From positions 1 to 20,929 of the forward strand of contig JBDLKA010000061.1 of NCBI GenBank assembly GCA_039714075.1: a stretch of 20,929 nucleotides of DNA. Reading direction: 5' to 3'. A model generated the notes under the pieces. That model saw only the letters and a program-made list of their open reading frames with translations. It was not told where the DNA came from and did no database searches. Below are positions 1 to 9,573 of this stretch, one piece after another (the stretch's first letter is position 1; every line of letters starts with the position of its first letter). Made by a program: the position numbers and the translations under genes. This DNA is from Candidatus Krumholzibacteriota bacterium (GTDB lineage Bacteria > Krumholzibacteriota > Krumholzibacteriia > LZORAL124-64-63).

Positions 1-363
1 CCACTTCAACGTGATCCCGTGGGGGCTGTTGAGGGATTTCCGGTGCACGGCGGTCTGTGTGCCCACCGGCGTCTCGACCACCGTTTCTACATCCGTCTCG
101 TTCAGGTCGTGCCGGACGAAGCGCACCCCGGGATGCTCGACGCGCCGGAAACAGGAATTGAAATCGTACAGGCGGGCCGAGCAACCGAGGGAGCGATAGA
201 CCTCATAGGGGTTCATGCCGGTGTAGGGTTCGGGCAGCCCCTCGCCCGAGAACATCTTGTCCTCGTACCAGCACCCTATGCGCGGCTGCCAGATGATCCT
301 GCCCTTCGATCGGCCGAACACCACCTGCCGGTGAAGCTCGGGATGATCGGGTTTCGAATCCAT
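1..363 (-). CDS. 5' part of a protein truncated by the window edge, absent from the ORF track. Possibly uroporphyrinogen decarboxylase / cobamide methyltransferase-like family
   Basis: Manual translation from ATG at 363, which overlaps the upstream TGA as TGATG. Open for 121 codons to the edge: MDSKPDHPELHRQVVFGRSKGRIIWQPRIGCWYEDK...VETVVETPVGTQTAVHRKSLNSPHGITLKW. No signal peptide. The family guess rests only on the 'ETPVG...W' pattern and is weak. Confidence 0.7.
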   Translation of the reverse strand, partial: MDSKPDHPELHRQVVFGRSKGRIIWQPRIGCWYEDKMFSGEGLPEPYTGMNPYEVYRSLGCSARLYDFNSCFRRVEHPGVRFVRHDLNETDVETVVETPVGTQTAVHRKSLNSPHGITLKW

Positions 364-1706
364 CAATTGCTCTCCACGACTACGCCGCCGTCCCGGTACA
401 GCCGGGCGGCCCCTTCCAGCTCGATCGCCAGCACGGTCACTTCCTCGTCGAGCAAATCCTCCGGAACGTCCACGTAGATCACCCCGGGCACCTTGCTCCA
501 GGACAGCTTCATCTGGATGTCCCAGTCCAGCTCGGCGTCCCGGCCCACGACCCTGACGGATTTCACGGGGTTCACGATCCCCTTCAACATCAATGGGCCC
601 TTGGGCTTGTGGGCGAGATACAGGTAGAGCGTCTCGCGGTCGGCGGACAGCGCCGTCGGCCCGTGCCAGTGCCCGGCCGGCAGGCCCGCCCGCGTGCCGT
701 AGACGGCCTCGGCGTGCTTGTCCGTCCAGCGTCCCAGCCCCTTTAGGATCGCCACCTGCTCGGGGCAGATCGTGCCGTCGGCCCGGGGCCCGATGTCCAG
801 CAGCAGGTTGCCGCCCATGCTGATGCACTCCACCAGGATCCGGATGATCTGGTTGGTGGTCTTGTAGTCGTGGTCGTCGGATTGATACCCCCACGAGGTG
901 TTCATCGTCAGGCACAGTTCCCAGAATGGCTCGTCCGGCCGGGTGATGGGCATGCCCTGCTCGGGCGTCGCGTAGTCGCCGTAGCCCCGCAGGCGGGAGT
1001 TGATGATCGCGTCCGGATTGTCCTGGAGCAGGAACTCCCTGATCCGCGGCGCCTGCCAGGCCTCGGCCGACTGTTCCCAACCGCCGTCGAACCAGAACAG
1101 GTCGGGCCGGAAACGTTCGGACAGTTCCCTGATCTGGCCGTGATTCGACCGGGTGAAGGAGGCCCAGCGCTCCGGGTCGTCCTCGTAGCGTTTTTCCTCG
1201 CGCAGGAAATTGGGGTAATCGGGGTCCGACCAGTCGATCAGGGAATAGTACAGACCCACCTTGAGTCCCTGGTCGCGCAGCGCCGCGACATAGGGAGCGA
1301 TGAGGTCGCGGCCCGCCGGTGTCCGGTCCACGACATTCAGGTCGGTGTGCTCGCTGTCCCACAGCGCCACGCCGTCATGGTGCTTGGCGGTGAGCACGGC
1401 GTACCGGGCGCCGCTGCCCCGGATCAGTTCGGCCCAGCGCCGCGGATCATACTTGTCGGCCGTGAACCCGGCGAGCTGGGCCATGTAGTCGTCATAGGCG
1501 ACGTGGCCGTTGTGGAAGGACCAGCTCTCGCTGACGCCGTCGACGGCGTAGATCCCCCAGTGGATGAAGATGCCCAGCTTGGCCTCCCGGAACCAGCGCA
1601 TCCGTTCGCCGTCGGAATCATCCGGCTCCCGGGCGGGCAGCGGGCCGCCAACGGCATTGGCCACCGCAGCGGCAACAATGAGAAGCGCGAACGCCATCCT
1701 CTTCAA
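363..1706 (-). CDS. Alpha-L-fucosidase, GH29, secreted
   Basis: Motifs WFREAKLGIFIHWG, LTAKHHDGVALW, FWFDGGW (nucleophile Asp), GGNLLLDIGP and a signal peptide. The real start is TTG 1706 (TTGA overlap with the upstream stop) or ATG 1697, not 3458. Confidence 0.93.
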   Translation of the reverse strand: MKRMAFALLIVAAAVANAVGGPLPAREPDDSDGERMRWFREAKLGIFIHWGIYAVDGVSESWSFHNGHVAYDDYMAQLAGFTADKYDPRRWAELIRGSGARYAVLTAKHHDGVALWDSEHTDLNVVDRTPAGRDLIAPYVAALRDQGLKVGLYYSLIDWSDPDYPNFLREEKRYEDDPERWASFTRSNHGQIRELSERFRPDLFWFDGGWEQSAEAWQAPRIREFLLQDNPDAIINSRLRGYGDYATPEQGMPITRPDEPFWELCLTMNTSWGYQSDDHDYKTTNQIIRILVECISMGGNLLLDIGPRADGTICPEQVAILKGLGRWTDKHAEAVYGTRAGLPAGHWHGPTALSADRETLYLYLAHKPKGPLMLKGIVNPVKSVRVVGRDAELDWDIQMKLSWSKVPGVIYVDVPEDLLDEEVTVLAIELEGAARLYRDGGVVVESN

Positions 1707-4003
1707 TTCATCTTCCCTTCTCCGGAAGTGCCGGAAAACACCATGATCTCGTCGCAGAATATCCAGGCGTCGCCCCCCGCGCCGTGATGCCAGGCCGGGC
1801 AGTGCTTCATGTTCACGGCTTCGATCCGCACGTAGCGGGCCGGGCGGGCGGTGAAACGATTCTCGAAGCGTTCGGTGAAGGGATCGTCGCGGGTGGCCGG
1901 GTTGCTCGGCCGCAGCACCCCCGCGGGCTCCCAGTGTTCGCCGTCGAGGGATGTCGACCAGCGCACCTCGACAGGCAGCCAGACCCAGGAGCCCACCACC
2001 TGCAGGAAGTGGGCCGCCAGGCAGTCCACCTCGCGTGCCTTGCCCAGGTCGACGGTCGCGGCCATGTCGACCGCCTCCCAGCCGAGCCAGTTGTACCGGT
2101 AGTCGTTGGTTCCCCTGAGGACGTCGACCAGGGTGCCGACGCCGTTGGCCGGGTACTTGGGACTGAAGGGCACCGTGAGCTCCACGGAACGGCCCGCGGC
2201 CAGGTGGGCGGCCATCCCCTCGGCGAAGAAACGGCGCGTGTTCTCCGCGTATTCGTCGGGCGGGGAGTGGCGTTCGTGGATGCGCTCGAACCCCGCGGCG
2301 TTGCAGCCGGCCACGAACTCCTCCAGCGTTTCCGGCCAACCGGCCTTCACCCGCCACCCGCCGGCGGGCGCGGCCTCGAACATCCCGTGCTCGCCGGCGC
2401 CGAAGAGCTTGCCCTGCTCCAGGCGGGCGTAGGTGAGCGACAGCCGGGCCTCGCTGACTCGCCGTTTCACCTCGGGATACTCCACCACGGCTTCTTCCGC
2501 CGCCGCAAGAATCCCGTCCGCCTCGGAGAGGGTCTCGGGCGTCAGCCAGGTCCCGCTCTCGACGACCGGGCTGTCGTAGATGCCCAGCCGTTCGCCCGAG
2601 GCCGGCAGGCGATCGTGCATCAGGTCGAAGTACCGGCGCATGTGGCCGGCCGCCTCTCCGTAGTACCCGGCCATGAAGTCGTCGACAAGGACGGAGACGT
2701 CCCGGTCCGGATCCCAGAGAAGCTTGGCGATGACATACTGCTTGAGTTCGGAGAGGTCGCTCCTGGAGCCGCCGCTGCCCTGCTGGAACATGAGCTGCGC
2801 TCCGTAATCGCGGAAAAGCCGGATGTTCGGCTGCAGCACGTGGAAGTTCGGGAACGGGGACACGTAGTTGCTGAACTGCACCACGTAGTCCCAGATCATC
2901 AGGTTGTCCGTCAGGTCCGACCACTTTTGGATGTCGCTCAGGAAGTCGGCGTTGCGCTCGCCCGAGGCGATGGGCTCGGCCCGGTCGCACTCGATGCTGC
3001 ACAGGCAGATGTTCACGTTCGGGGCGACCTCGATGTCCCGCGGCGCCCGGCGGGTGTACGAATAGGCCAGGGTCGAGATGATTTTGTCGGGGAATTCCGC
3101 CGCCACCCGATTCACGAACGCGATCAGCGGCCCCGCCTGGCTTCCGTGCCGCTCGACGAGAGCCCCGCAACCGCTGCATTCGCAGGCTCCGTGACGGTCG
3201 TTCTGGGAAACGGACCAGTAGCGCGCCTCCGGCCGCTCGGCCATGCGCTCGCGCAGACCCGCCACCACCAGTTCGAAGACATCCTCGTTCGTCAGGCAGA
3301 GTTGCTGGTTCTCCAGCCGCCGCCCCTTGATCTCCGAGAAATACTCCGGATGGTCCGCGAAGTACACGGCGGGCGGCACCAGTTGCTCGAACGTGTGGAC
3401 GAACATGCCCCAGGATCCGTCCCGGTGGGCGCGGGAGTGCAGTCCGTGCCAATCGCACCAGGCCTGGTCCTCGGCGCAGGGCATGTGGAGCCAGCGAACG
3501 GGAAAGGCCGGGCTCCGCGTCTCCTCGAGCCGGGGCAGGTCGAAGACACGCCGCTCGGGGATGAGAGTCGACTCGGGCGTGTAGCGGCGGATGCCCAGGT
3601 GTTCCTCCAGGAAGGCATAGACGCCGTAGAGCGTGCCCCGTCCCGGGCCGCCGATGATCAGGCGCCCGTCGCCCCCGCCGTGCCAGACGAAGGCGTCGGG
3701 ACCGAGATCCGGCGCCACGGCGGCCGCCTCTTCACCCCAGCCGACCAGGATCCCGGGACCCGAGTCCAGCCCGGCTTCCGGAATGACCGGCAGCTTGGCG
3801 CCGGTGGCCGCCGCCAGGTAATGCTGCAGTTCCGCGGCGGCGTGCCGGGTGAGCGAGTCGTCGACCGCCAGCACGATGCGGCCATCGCTCGACCCCTCGG
3901 CGATCCAGTGCCGGCCGGGCCCTTCGCCACATCCCGTCGTGACCAGCACCCCCAGAAGGATAAGCGGGTACATCCTGAAAATTCTCCGTAGGACGTCAAT
4001 CAT
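1703..4003 (-). CDS. DUF4838-like lipoprotein with a GH20/GH67-type N-terminal domain and a C-terminal F5/8-type-like domain
   Basis: Lipobox LVTTG-C. N-domain motif AAELQHYL...IIGG..RGTLYGVYAFLEEHLG. Central motifs HPEYF, QLCLTN, SVSQND, CECSGC, TLAYSYT, IWDYVV, AKLLWDP. Start ATG 4003 is preferred over 4063. Confidence 0.8.
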   Translation of the reverse strand: MIDVLRRIFRMYPLILLGVLVTTGCGEGPGRHWIAEGSSDGRIVLAVDDSLTRHAAAELQHYLAAATGAKLPVIPEAGLDSGPGILVGWGEEAAAVAPDLGPDAFVWHGGGDGRLIIGGPGRGTLYGVYAFLEEHLGIRRYTPESTLIPERRVFDLPRLEETRSPAFPVRWLHMPCAEDQAWCDWHGLHSRAHRDGSWGMFVHTFEQLVPPAVYFADHPEYFSEIKGRRLENQQLCLTNEDVFELVVAGLRERMAERPEARYWSVSQNDRHGACECSGCGALVERHGSQAGPLIAFVNRVAAEFPDKIISTLAYSYTRRAPRDIEVAPNVNICLCSIECDRAEPIASGERNADFLSDIQKWSDLTDNLMIWDYVVQFSNYVSPFPNFHVLQPNIRLFRDYGAQLMFQQGSGGSRSDLSELKQYVIAKLLWDPDRDVSVLVDDFMAGYYGEAAGHMRRYFDLMHDRLPASGERLGIYDSPVVESGTWLTPETLSEADGILAAAEEAVVEYPEVKRRVSEARLSLTYARLEQGKLFGAGEHGMFEAAPAGGWRVKAGWPETLEEFVAGCNAAGFERIHERHSPPDEYAENTRRFFAEGMAAHLAAGRSVELTVPFSPKYPANGVGTLVDVLRGTNDYRYNWLGWEAVDMAATVDLGKAREVDCLAAHFLQVVGSWVWLPVEVRWSTSLDGEHWEPAGVLRPSNPATRDDPFTERFENRFTARPARYVRIEAVNMKHCPAWHHGAGGDAWIFCDEIMVFSGTSGEGKMN

Positions 4004-4026
4004 TTCCGGTCTCCCCGATGTTGAAG

Positions 4027-5439
4027 TCAGGATCCTTCGACCTGTCCGAGACGGAACACCCACGCATGATCACAGGGCGGATTCGCCTGGACCGCCGCGG
4101 GTACGCTGATCAAACAGTTGTCGTTCACCACTTCCCAGGCCAGGGGTTCGGCCACGCCCAGAAGGGTCACCTCATCGCCGGGCGCCGGGCGCAGTCCGTG
4201 GATCATCAGATGCGCCGGCACCCGCTCCCCTTCCTCCGCGAGGTAGATGGCATAGACGGCGCCGTCGTCCCGGCGCCGCGTGAAGCACGTGTTCTGCTGC
4301 TTGAACGGCTCGCAGGGGCGGGTGCCGTAGATGGCCTCCCCGTTGACCGCCAGCCAGGCGCCCAGCTCCTTCATGCGGACGACGGCGTCGGGGTGGAACC
4401 GGCCGTCGCCGTCGGCCCCGGCGTTGAGCAGCAGGTTGCCGCCCTTGGCAACGACGTCGACGAGCAGATGCACGAGCTGCCGTGTGGGCTTGTACTTGCC
4501 CTTGGCGTTGTAGGACCAGGCGCCCGCCATGGGCATGCAGGTCTCCCAGGGCTCGGTCAACGGCTCGGGGGGGACCTTCGCCTCGGGCGTGCGGTAGTTC
4601 TCGTAGGGACCTCCCACCCAGCGGTCCACCATGAGGATCCCGGGCTGGTGACCGCGGGCCATCTCCGCGATGCGCTCCATACCGATGTCCTGGTCGCGGT
4701 TGTCGGGACTCACCCACGCCCCGTCGAACCAGAGGATGTCCAGGGGGCCGTAACCCGTGCACAGCTCCTCGATCTGGTTGAAGGTGAATTCCGTGAATTT
4801 CCCCCAGATTTCGGGATGCGCCTTGGGGCGGTAGTTGACGTTGCGCGAGCCGTGCTGCCAGTGGGGCGACCAGTACCAGGGCGTGTGCCAGTCGGGCTTG
4901 GAGAAGTAGGCGCCGATCATGAAATCCCGGTCGCGAAAGGCGTCGAAGAGGTGCCGCGTGACGTCCGCCTGCGGGTGATCGTGGAAGGGACAGCCCGGAT
5001 CGGTGATCTTGTAATCGGTCTGCTTCGTGTCGAACATGCAGAAACCGTCGTGATGCTTGGTCGTGAAGACGAAGTAGCGCATGCCCGCCGAGGCGGCCAA
5101 GTCGGCCCACGCCACGGGATCGAATCCCCGCGGATCGAAGGTGTCCTTCAGGCCGACGTAGGTGTCGTGGTAGGCCTGGTAGGACGGTTGGGGCGGGGAG
5201 AGCCAGTCGACATCCTCGGAACAGAGGCCCCAGGACTCGCACCAGCCCTTCTGGCTGTAGGTGCCCCAGTGGACCATGAAGCCGAGCTTCCTGTCCTGCC
5301 ACTCCTCCAGGGTGGCCTTCACCTCGGAGTCGGTGACCTCTACGTATTCCATGTCCTCGTACTGGGCCGAGGCCGGCCCGGACAGACAGACCGCCGCCAG
5401 CCACAGTACGACCGCCGAAATCACCATTCTTCTCGGCAT
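4027..5439 (-). CDS. Alpha-L-fucosidase, GH29, secreted
   Basis: Motifs WQDRKLGFMVHWG, TTKHHDGFCMFD, LWFDGAW, KGGNLLLN. SD AAGGAG precedes ATG 5439. Signal peptide ends ASA. Confidence 0.93.
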   Translation of the reverse strand: MPRRMVISAVVLWLAAVCLSGPASAQYEDMEYVEVTDSEVKATLEEWQDRKLGFMVHWGTYSQKGWCESWGLCSEDVDWLSPPQPSYQAYHDTYVGLKDTFDPRGFDPVAWADLAASAGMRYFVFTTKHHDGFCMFDTKQTDYKITDPGCPFHDHPQADVTRHLFDAFRDRDFMIGAYFSKPDWHTPWYWSPHWQHGSRNVNYRPKAHPEIWGKFTEFTFNQIEELCTGYGPLDILWFDGAWVSPDNRDQDIGMERIAEMARGHQPGILMVDRWVGGPYENYRTPEAKVPPEPLTEPWETCMPMAGAWSYNAKGKYKPTRQLVHLLVDVVAKGGNLLLNAGADGDGRFHPDAVVRMKELGAWLAVNGEAIYGTRPCEPFKQQNTCFTRRRDDGAVYAIYLAEEGERVPAHLMIHGLRPAPGDEVTLLGVAEPLAWEVVNDNCLISVPAAVQANPPCDHAWVFRLGQVEGS

Positions 5440-5483
5440 GAAGACTCCTTTGTCTCGTCCGGCGCCGGAAAGCCGTCGCCGGG

Positions 5484-7478
5484 CTACCTGTCGATCTCGA
5501 TCTCGTCTGCGAACACCCAAGCCTTGCCTCCGGCACCCGGATGCCACTCCGGGCATTTGCTGACGTTCCGGGCGTGGACGCGGACAATCCTCGCCGGGCG
5601 GTTCGGGAACGTGAACCGGAGTTCTTCGATCCGGCACTCGGAATCGGGCTCGGGAGACCCAATATCCTTCCTGCCCACCGTCTCGAAAGCGACGCCGTCC
5701 GTGGACAGGGACACCTCGACCTCGGTCGGCAGGAAGATCCAGGAAAGCTGACTGCCCAGGAATCCGCAGGTGACCTCCTGGACGGAAATCACTTCGCCGA
5801 GGTCGATCACGGCCTCCAGATCGTCCTGCTCGAAGCCCTGCCAGGACCCGTCCTGGAAGTCGGCTGTGGCGCGGATCCCGTCCACGAGCGCTCCCTGGCC
5901 ACCGCCGGTGTACTTCGGGCTGGGCGGGGTCGCCAGGGCGATCTCCTTTCCGACGGCCAGGTGCGCGACTTCCCGCCGACGGTCCGACCTGAGGCGGTCC
6001 GGCGCGCGCACATCCCGGCCCTTTACCCCGGTGAGGCCGTCGCCGAGCTCCTCGCGCGCCTGGTCGGCGAGGTCCGAAAGTCGTTCGACGATGTCCGGGT
6101 GCCGCCCGGCCAGATCGGTCGTCTCGCCCGGATCATTCTCGAGATCGTAAAGCTCCAGGCCGGAATCCCGGGTCGCCGTCGGACCCGGCAGGCCGTCCCG
6201 CCCCGGTTCGACGCCCCGGTAGGAACGGGACCGGTGGGGAAAAAGGAGCTTGAAGCGTCCCTCCCTCACGGCCAGGAGCTTGCCCTCGAAATAATAGAGA
6301 TACCGGTTGCGGGGAGAGGCCTCCTCGGTCCCCTCGAGAAGAGGCAGCAGGTCCGTCCCGTCGATGGGGTGGGCGGGCAGGGGCCCACCGACCGCAGCCA
6401 CGATGGTGGGCAGGATGTCGATCGTGGCGGCGATCCCGCCGGCGACCGAACCTGCCGGGATGTTTGCGGGCCAGCGCATGATGCAGGGCACGCGCGCGCC
6501 GCCTTCCCACATGGTGCCCTTGCCCTCGCGCAGGGGGCCGGCCGAACCCGCGTGGTTTCCGAAGTTCAGCCACGGGCCGTTGTCGCTGATGAAGATCACC
6601 AGCGTGTTCTCGGTCAGCCCGTACCGTTCGAGCGTGTCCAGGATCCGGCCGACGGACCAGTCGATCTCCATGATTACGTCGCCGTAGGGTCCCTGTTCGC
6701 TCTTCCCCCGGAACCTGTCCGATGCGCCCAGCGGCACGTGGGGCATCGAGTGGGGCAGGTAGAGAAAGAAAGGTCGGTCCTTGTTCTTCTCGATGAACGC
6801 GACAGCCCGTTCGGTGTAGAGGGTGGTCAATCGGTCCTGGTCCTCGAGGGTCCTGATTTCGTCAACCTTCCGTTCCCCGTCGATCAGGGGGAGCTCGGGG
6901 TAGAGACTCTTGGCCGATGACGACCCTCGCTCGCCATCGTAGCCCACAGGCCACATGTCGTTCGAATAGGGAAGGCCGACGAACTCGTCGAACCCGTGCC
7001 GCAGTGGTGAGAACTGCGGCTGATGGCCCAGATGCCACTTGCCGAAGATGCCGGTGGCGTAGCCCCGCTCCTTCAACAACTCGGCGATGGTCTCCTCGTC
7101 CGGGTTCAGTCCGACGCTGGACCATGGCCCCAGCGCCCCCTTGATGCCGACCCGTTCCGCGTAGCATCCCGTCAGCAGGGAGGCCCGCGACGCGCTGCAC
7201 ACGGCCTGGGAGACGTAGAAGGACGTGAACATCATCCCCTCGGACGCCATCCGGTCGAGACGCGGTGTTTCGAAGCCGCGGGCCCCGTAGACGCCGACGT
7301 CGGCGTAGCCCTGGTCGTCGGTGAGGATGATCACGATGTTGGGCGTGGCCGGAGGATCGGCCGGCCGGTCGGCCGGGCCGCAACCCGACCAGAAACCCGC
7401 CCCTGCCGCGAGGCAGAGCATTGCCTTGGTGATCGTGGCCGGGAACACCCCGGGGAAACTATTCGACGGTGATTTCAT
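5484..7478 (-). CDS. Family S1 sulfatase (arylsulfatase A/GALNS-like), probable lipoprotein, with a C-terminal F5/8-type-like domain
   Basis: Motifs PNIVIILTDDQG, the FGly signature CSASRASLLTG, GKWHLG, SDNG, GKGTMWEGG. FWSG-C is lipobox-like. Alternative start at ATG 7421. Confidence 0.92.
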   Translation of the reverse strand: MKSPSNSFPGVFPATITKAMLCLAAGAGFWSGCGPADRPADPPATPNIVIILTDDQGYADVGVYGARGFETPRLDRMASEGMMFTSFYVSQAVCSASRASLLTGCYAERVGIKGALGPWSSVGLNPDEETIAELLKERGYATGIFGKWHLGHQPQFSPLRHGFDEFVGLPYSNDMWPVGYDGERGSSSAKSLYPELPLIDGERKVDEIRTLEDQDRLTTLYTERAVAFIEKNKDRPFFLYLPHSMPHVPLGASDRFRGKSEQGPYGDVIMEIDWSVGRILDTLERYGLTENTLVIFISDNGPWLNFGNHAGSAGPLREGKGTMWEGGARVPCIMRWPANIPAGSVAGGIAATIDILPTIVAAVGGPLPAHPIDGTDLLPLLEGTEEASPRNRYLYYFEGKLLAVREGRFKLLFPHRSRSYRGVEPGRDGLPGPTATRDSGLELYDLENDPGETTDLAGRHPDIVERLSDLADQAREELGDGLTGVKGRDVRAPDRLRSDRRREVAHLAVGKEIALATPPSPKYTGGGQGALVDGIRATADFQDGSWQGFEQDDLEAVIDLGEVISVQEVTCGFLGSQLSWIFLPTEVEVSLSTDGVAFETVGRKDIGSPEPDSECRIEELRFTFPNRPARIVRVHARNVSKCPEWHPGAGGKAWVFADEIEIDR

Positions 7479-9573
7479 CTGCGAAGATCCATGCCTTTCC
7501 TCCCGCGCCGGGATGCCAGTCGGGACAGGTCCGGATGTTTTCGGCCCGCACTCTCAGGTACCGGGCCGTGACGGCGGCCCCGGATCTTTCGACCTGGAAC
7601 TCCTTCCGGATGCGGCCTTCCCTTCTTGGTGATTCCTCGTTCCACTGCGTTTCCAGATCGCGGAAGGTCTCGCCATCGTCGGAAACGGCGAAGGAGACCG
7701 ATTTCGGCAGAAAGATCCAGTCCCCGCTGTTCTGCAGGAATCCCGCGGAGACCCTTTCCACCGGGACCGTGCGCCCCAGGTCGACCACGGCCTCCAGGTC
7801 GACCGACTCGAATCCCTGCCATGCGGTGTAGTCGGCGAGGATGTTGTCCACCGATCCGAGCCGGCCGTCGGTCAGGCCGCCGGGCCCGCCGGCGGGATAC
7901 TTCGGGGAGTAGGGGTGGCGAAGGGCGACGGCGCACCCGAGCGCGGCGTGCTCGCGCCGGTCGGCGGGCCGAGGCATGTACTTCGACTCATCGGAATCCC
8001 CGTACTGCGCCCGCAGCCGAGCTAGTTCCGCCCCGAGCTCGGCGACGACGCCGGCGTAGGCCGGATCGTCGTAGACGTTGTTCATCTCCTGTGGGTCGCG
8101 GACGAGGTCGTAGAGTTCCCACGCATCTATGTCGTGGTAGAAATGGATGAGCAGGTGGCGGTCGGTCCTGACCCCGTAATGCCGCTTCACGCCGTGGTTG
8201 GCCGGGTATTCGTAGTAGTGGTAGTAGACGGAGCGGCGCCAGTCCGCCGGCGCATCGCCGGCCAGGATTCCACGCAGGGAACGGCCCTGCATGTCTTCCG
8301 GCACGGACAATCCGGCGTAGTCGAGGATCGTCGGCGCGAGATCCAGGTTCATCACCATGTGTTCGTCGTCGGCGCGCGCGTGGATCTCGCCCGGCAGCCG
8401 GACCAGGAGCGGGATCCCGTGCGCCTCGCGGTACATGAACCGCTTGTCGAACCACCCGTGTTCGCCGAGGAAGAAACCCTGGTCCGACGTGTAGACAACC
8501 AGGGTATTCTCCGCCAGGCCTGTGCGGTCGAGATAGTCAAGAACGCGGCCGATGTTCTCGTCCACCGAAGCGACGCAGCGCAGGTAGTCCTTGATGTATC
8601 GCTGGTACTTCCACTCGTCGAGCGCGCGTCCGGTGGGCGGGTTCTTCCGGAACCGCTCGTTTATCGGGTCGTAGGCCGCGTTCCAGGCCGCCTTCTGTAC
8701 TTCGGTGAGCCGGTCGAAATCGCCCTGCCACATCTGGCGATCCAGCCGCTGACTCGCGCTTTCCCTTTCGTCCGGCGCCGGCGGCGTGAGCTTCAGGTCG
8801 TACGCGTCGAACATGTGTTCCGCGATCGACATCTCGTGACTGCGGGCGGCCTCGCTGCGGGTGTCGTAGTCGTCGAAATAAGAATCCGGGATGGGGATGT
8901 CGCCGTCCTCGTAGAGGTGGAGCTGGTCGGGTCCGGGCATCCAGTTGCGATGGGGAGCCTTGTGGTGCAGCAGCAGGCAGAAAGGCGCCTGTCCGTCACG
9001 CTCTTCGAGCCACCGCAGTCCGTCGTCGGTGATGAGATCCGTTACGTAGCCCTGCTCGCGCATCGTTTCGCCCATGCGGATGAAGTCGGGATTGTAGTAA
9101 TGACCCTGGCCGGGAAGGATGTTCCAGTAGTCGAACCCCGTCGGTTCGCTTCGCAGGTGCCACTTGCCGATGAGAGCCGTCTCGTACCCCGCTTCGCTGA
9201 GGATCCCGGGGAAGGTCGCCTGGCTACCGTCAAAGATGTCGTGGTTGGTGACCACGCCGTTCCGGTGGCCGTATTTCCCGGTCAGCAGCGTGGCCCGGCT
9301 CGGCGAACAGACGGCGTTGGTGCAAAACCCTTGGACGAACCTGACACCTTCGCTTGCGAGGCGATCGAGGTTGGGAGTACGATTGATCCGGCTCCCGTAA
9401 CAGCCCATGGCCTGGACGGTATGGTCATCGGTCATGATGACGAGGATGTTGGGCCGCTTCTCGACGGGGGCCTGACTGGGCCCGCAACCGGTAGCCGCAA
9501 GCAACAGGGCCCCGGCTCCGACCATCCCCAGGAAGGCGCGGCGACGAATGCTCCACTTTGTTGATCGGCTCAT
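7459..9573 (-). CDS. Family S1 sulfatase (GlcNAc-6-sulfatase / mucin-desulfating-like), Tat-type lipoprotein, with a C-terminal F5/8-type-like domain
   Basis: Motifs PNILVIMTDDH, CSPSRATLLTG, GKWHL, HKAPHRNW, SDQGFFLGEHGWFDKRFMY. N-terminus RRRAFLG...LAATG-C. SD AAGGAG at 9581-9586. Confidence 0.92.
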   Translation of the reverse strand: MSRSTKWSIRRRAFLGMVGAGALLLAATGCGPSQAPVEKRPNILVIMTDDHTVQAMGCYGSRINRTPNLDRLASEGVRFVQGFCTNAVCSPSRATLLTGKYGHRNGVVTNHDIFDGSQATFPGILSEAGYETALIGKWHLRSEPTGFDYWNILPGQGHYYNPDFIRMGETMREQGYVTDLITDDGLRWLEERDGQAPFCLLLHHKAPHRNWMPGPDQLHLYEDGDIPIPDSYFDDYDTRSEAARSHEMSIAEHMFDAYDLKLTPPAPDERESASQRLDRQMWQGDFDRLTEVQKAAWNAAYDPINERFRKNPPTGRALDEWKYQRYIKDYLRCVASVDENIGRVLDYLDRTGLAENTLVVYTSDQGFFLGEHGWFDKRFMYREAHGIPLLVRLPGEIHARADDEHMVMNLDLAPTILDYAGLSVPEDMQGRSLRGILAGDAPADWRRSVYYHYYEYPANHGVKRHYGVRTDRHLLIHFYHDIDAWELYDLVRDPQEMNNVYDDPAYAGVVAELGAELARLRAQYGDSDESKYMPRPADRREHAALGCAVALRHPYSPKYPAGGPGGLTDGRLGSVDNILADYTAWQGFESVDLEAVVDLGRTVPVERVSAGFLQNSGDWIFLPKSVSFAVSDDGETFRDLETQWNEESPRREGRIRKEFQVERSGAAVTARYLRVRAENIRTCPDWHPGAGGKAWIFADEITVE

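Noticed and set aside
1707..3458. N-terminal extension making a 1031-aa fucosidase
   Set aside because: Arg/Gly/Pro-rich off-frame shadow of the DUF4838-like gene. The signal peptide begins at about 1706/1697.
1748..7518. Recurring DNA segments as a mobile repeat or CRISPR array
   Set aside because: They are degenerate and explained by the shared protein domain, with no regular repeat-spacer structure.
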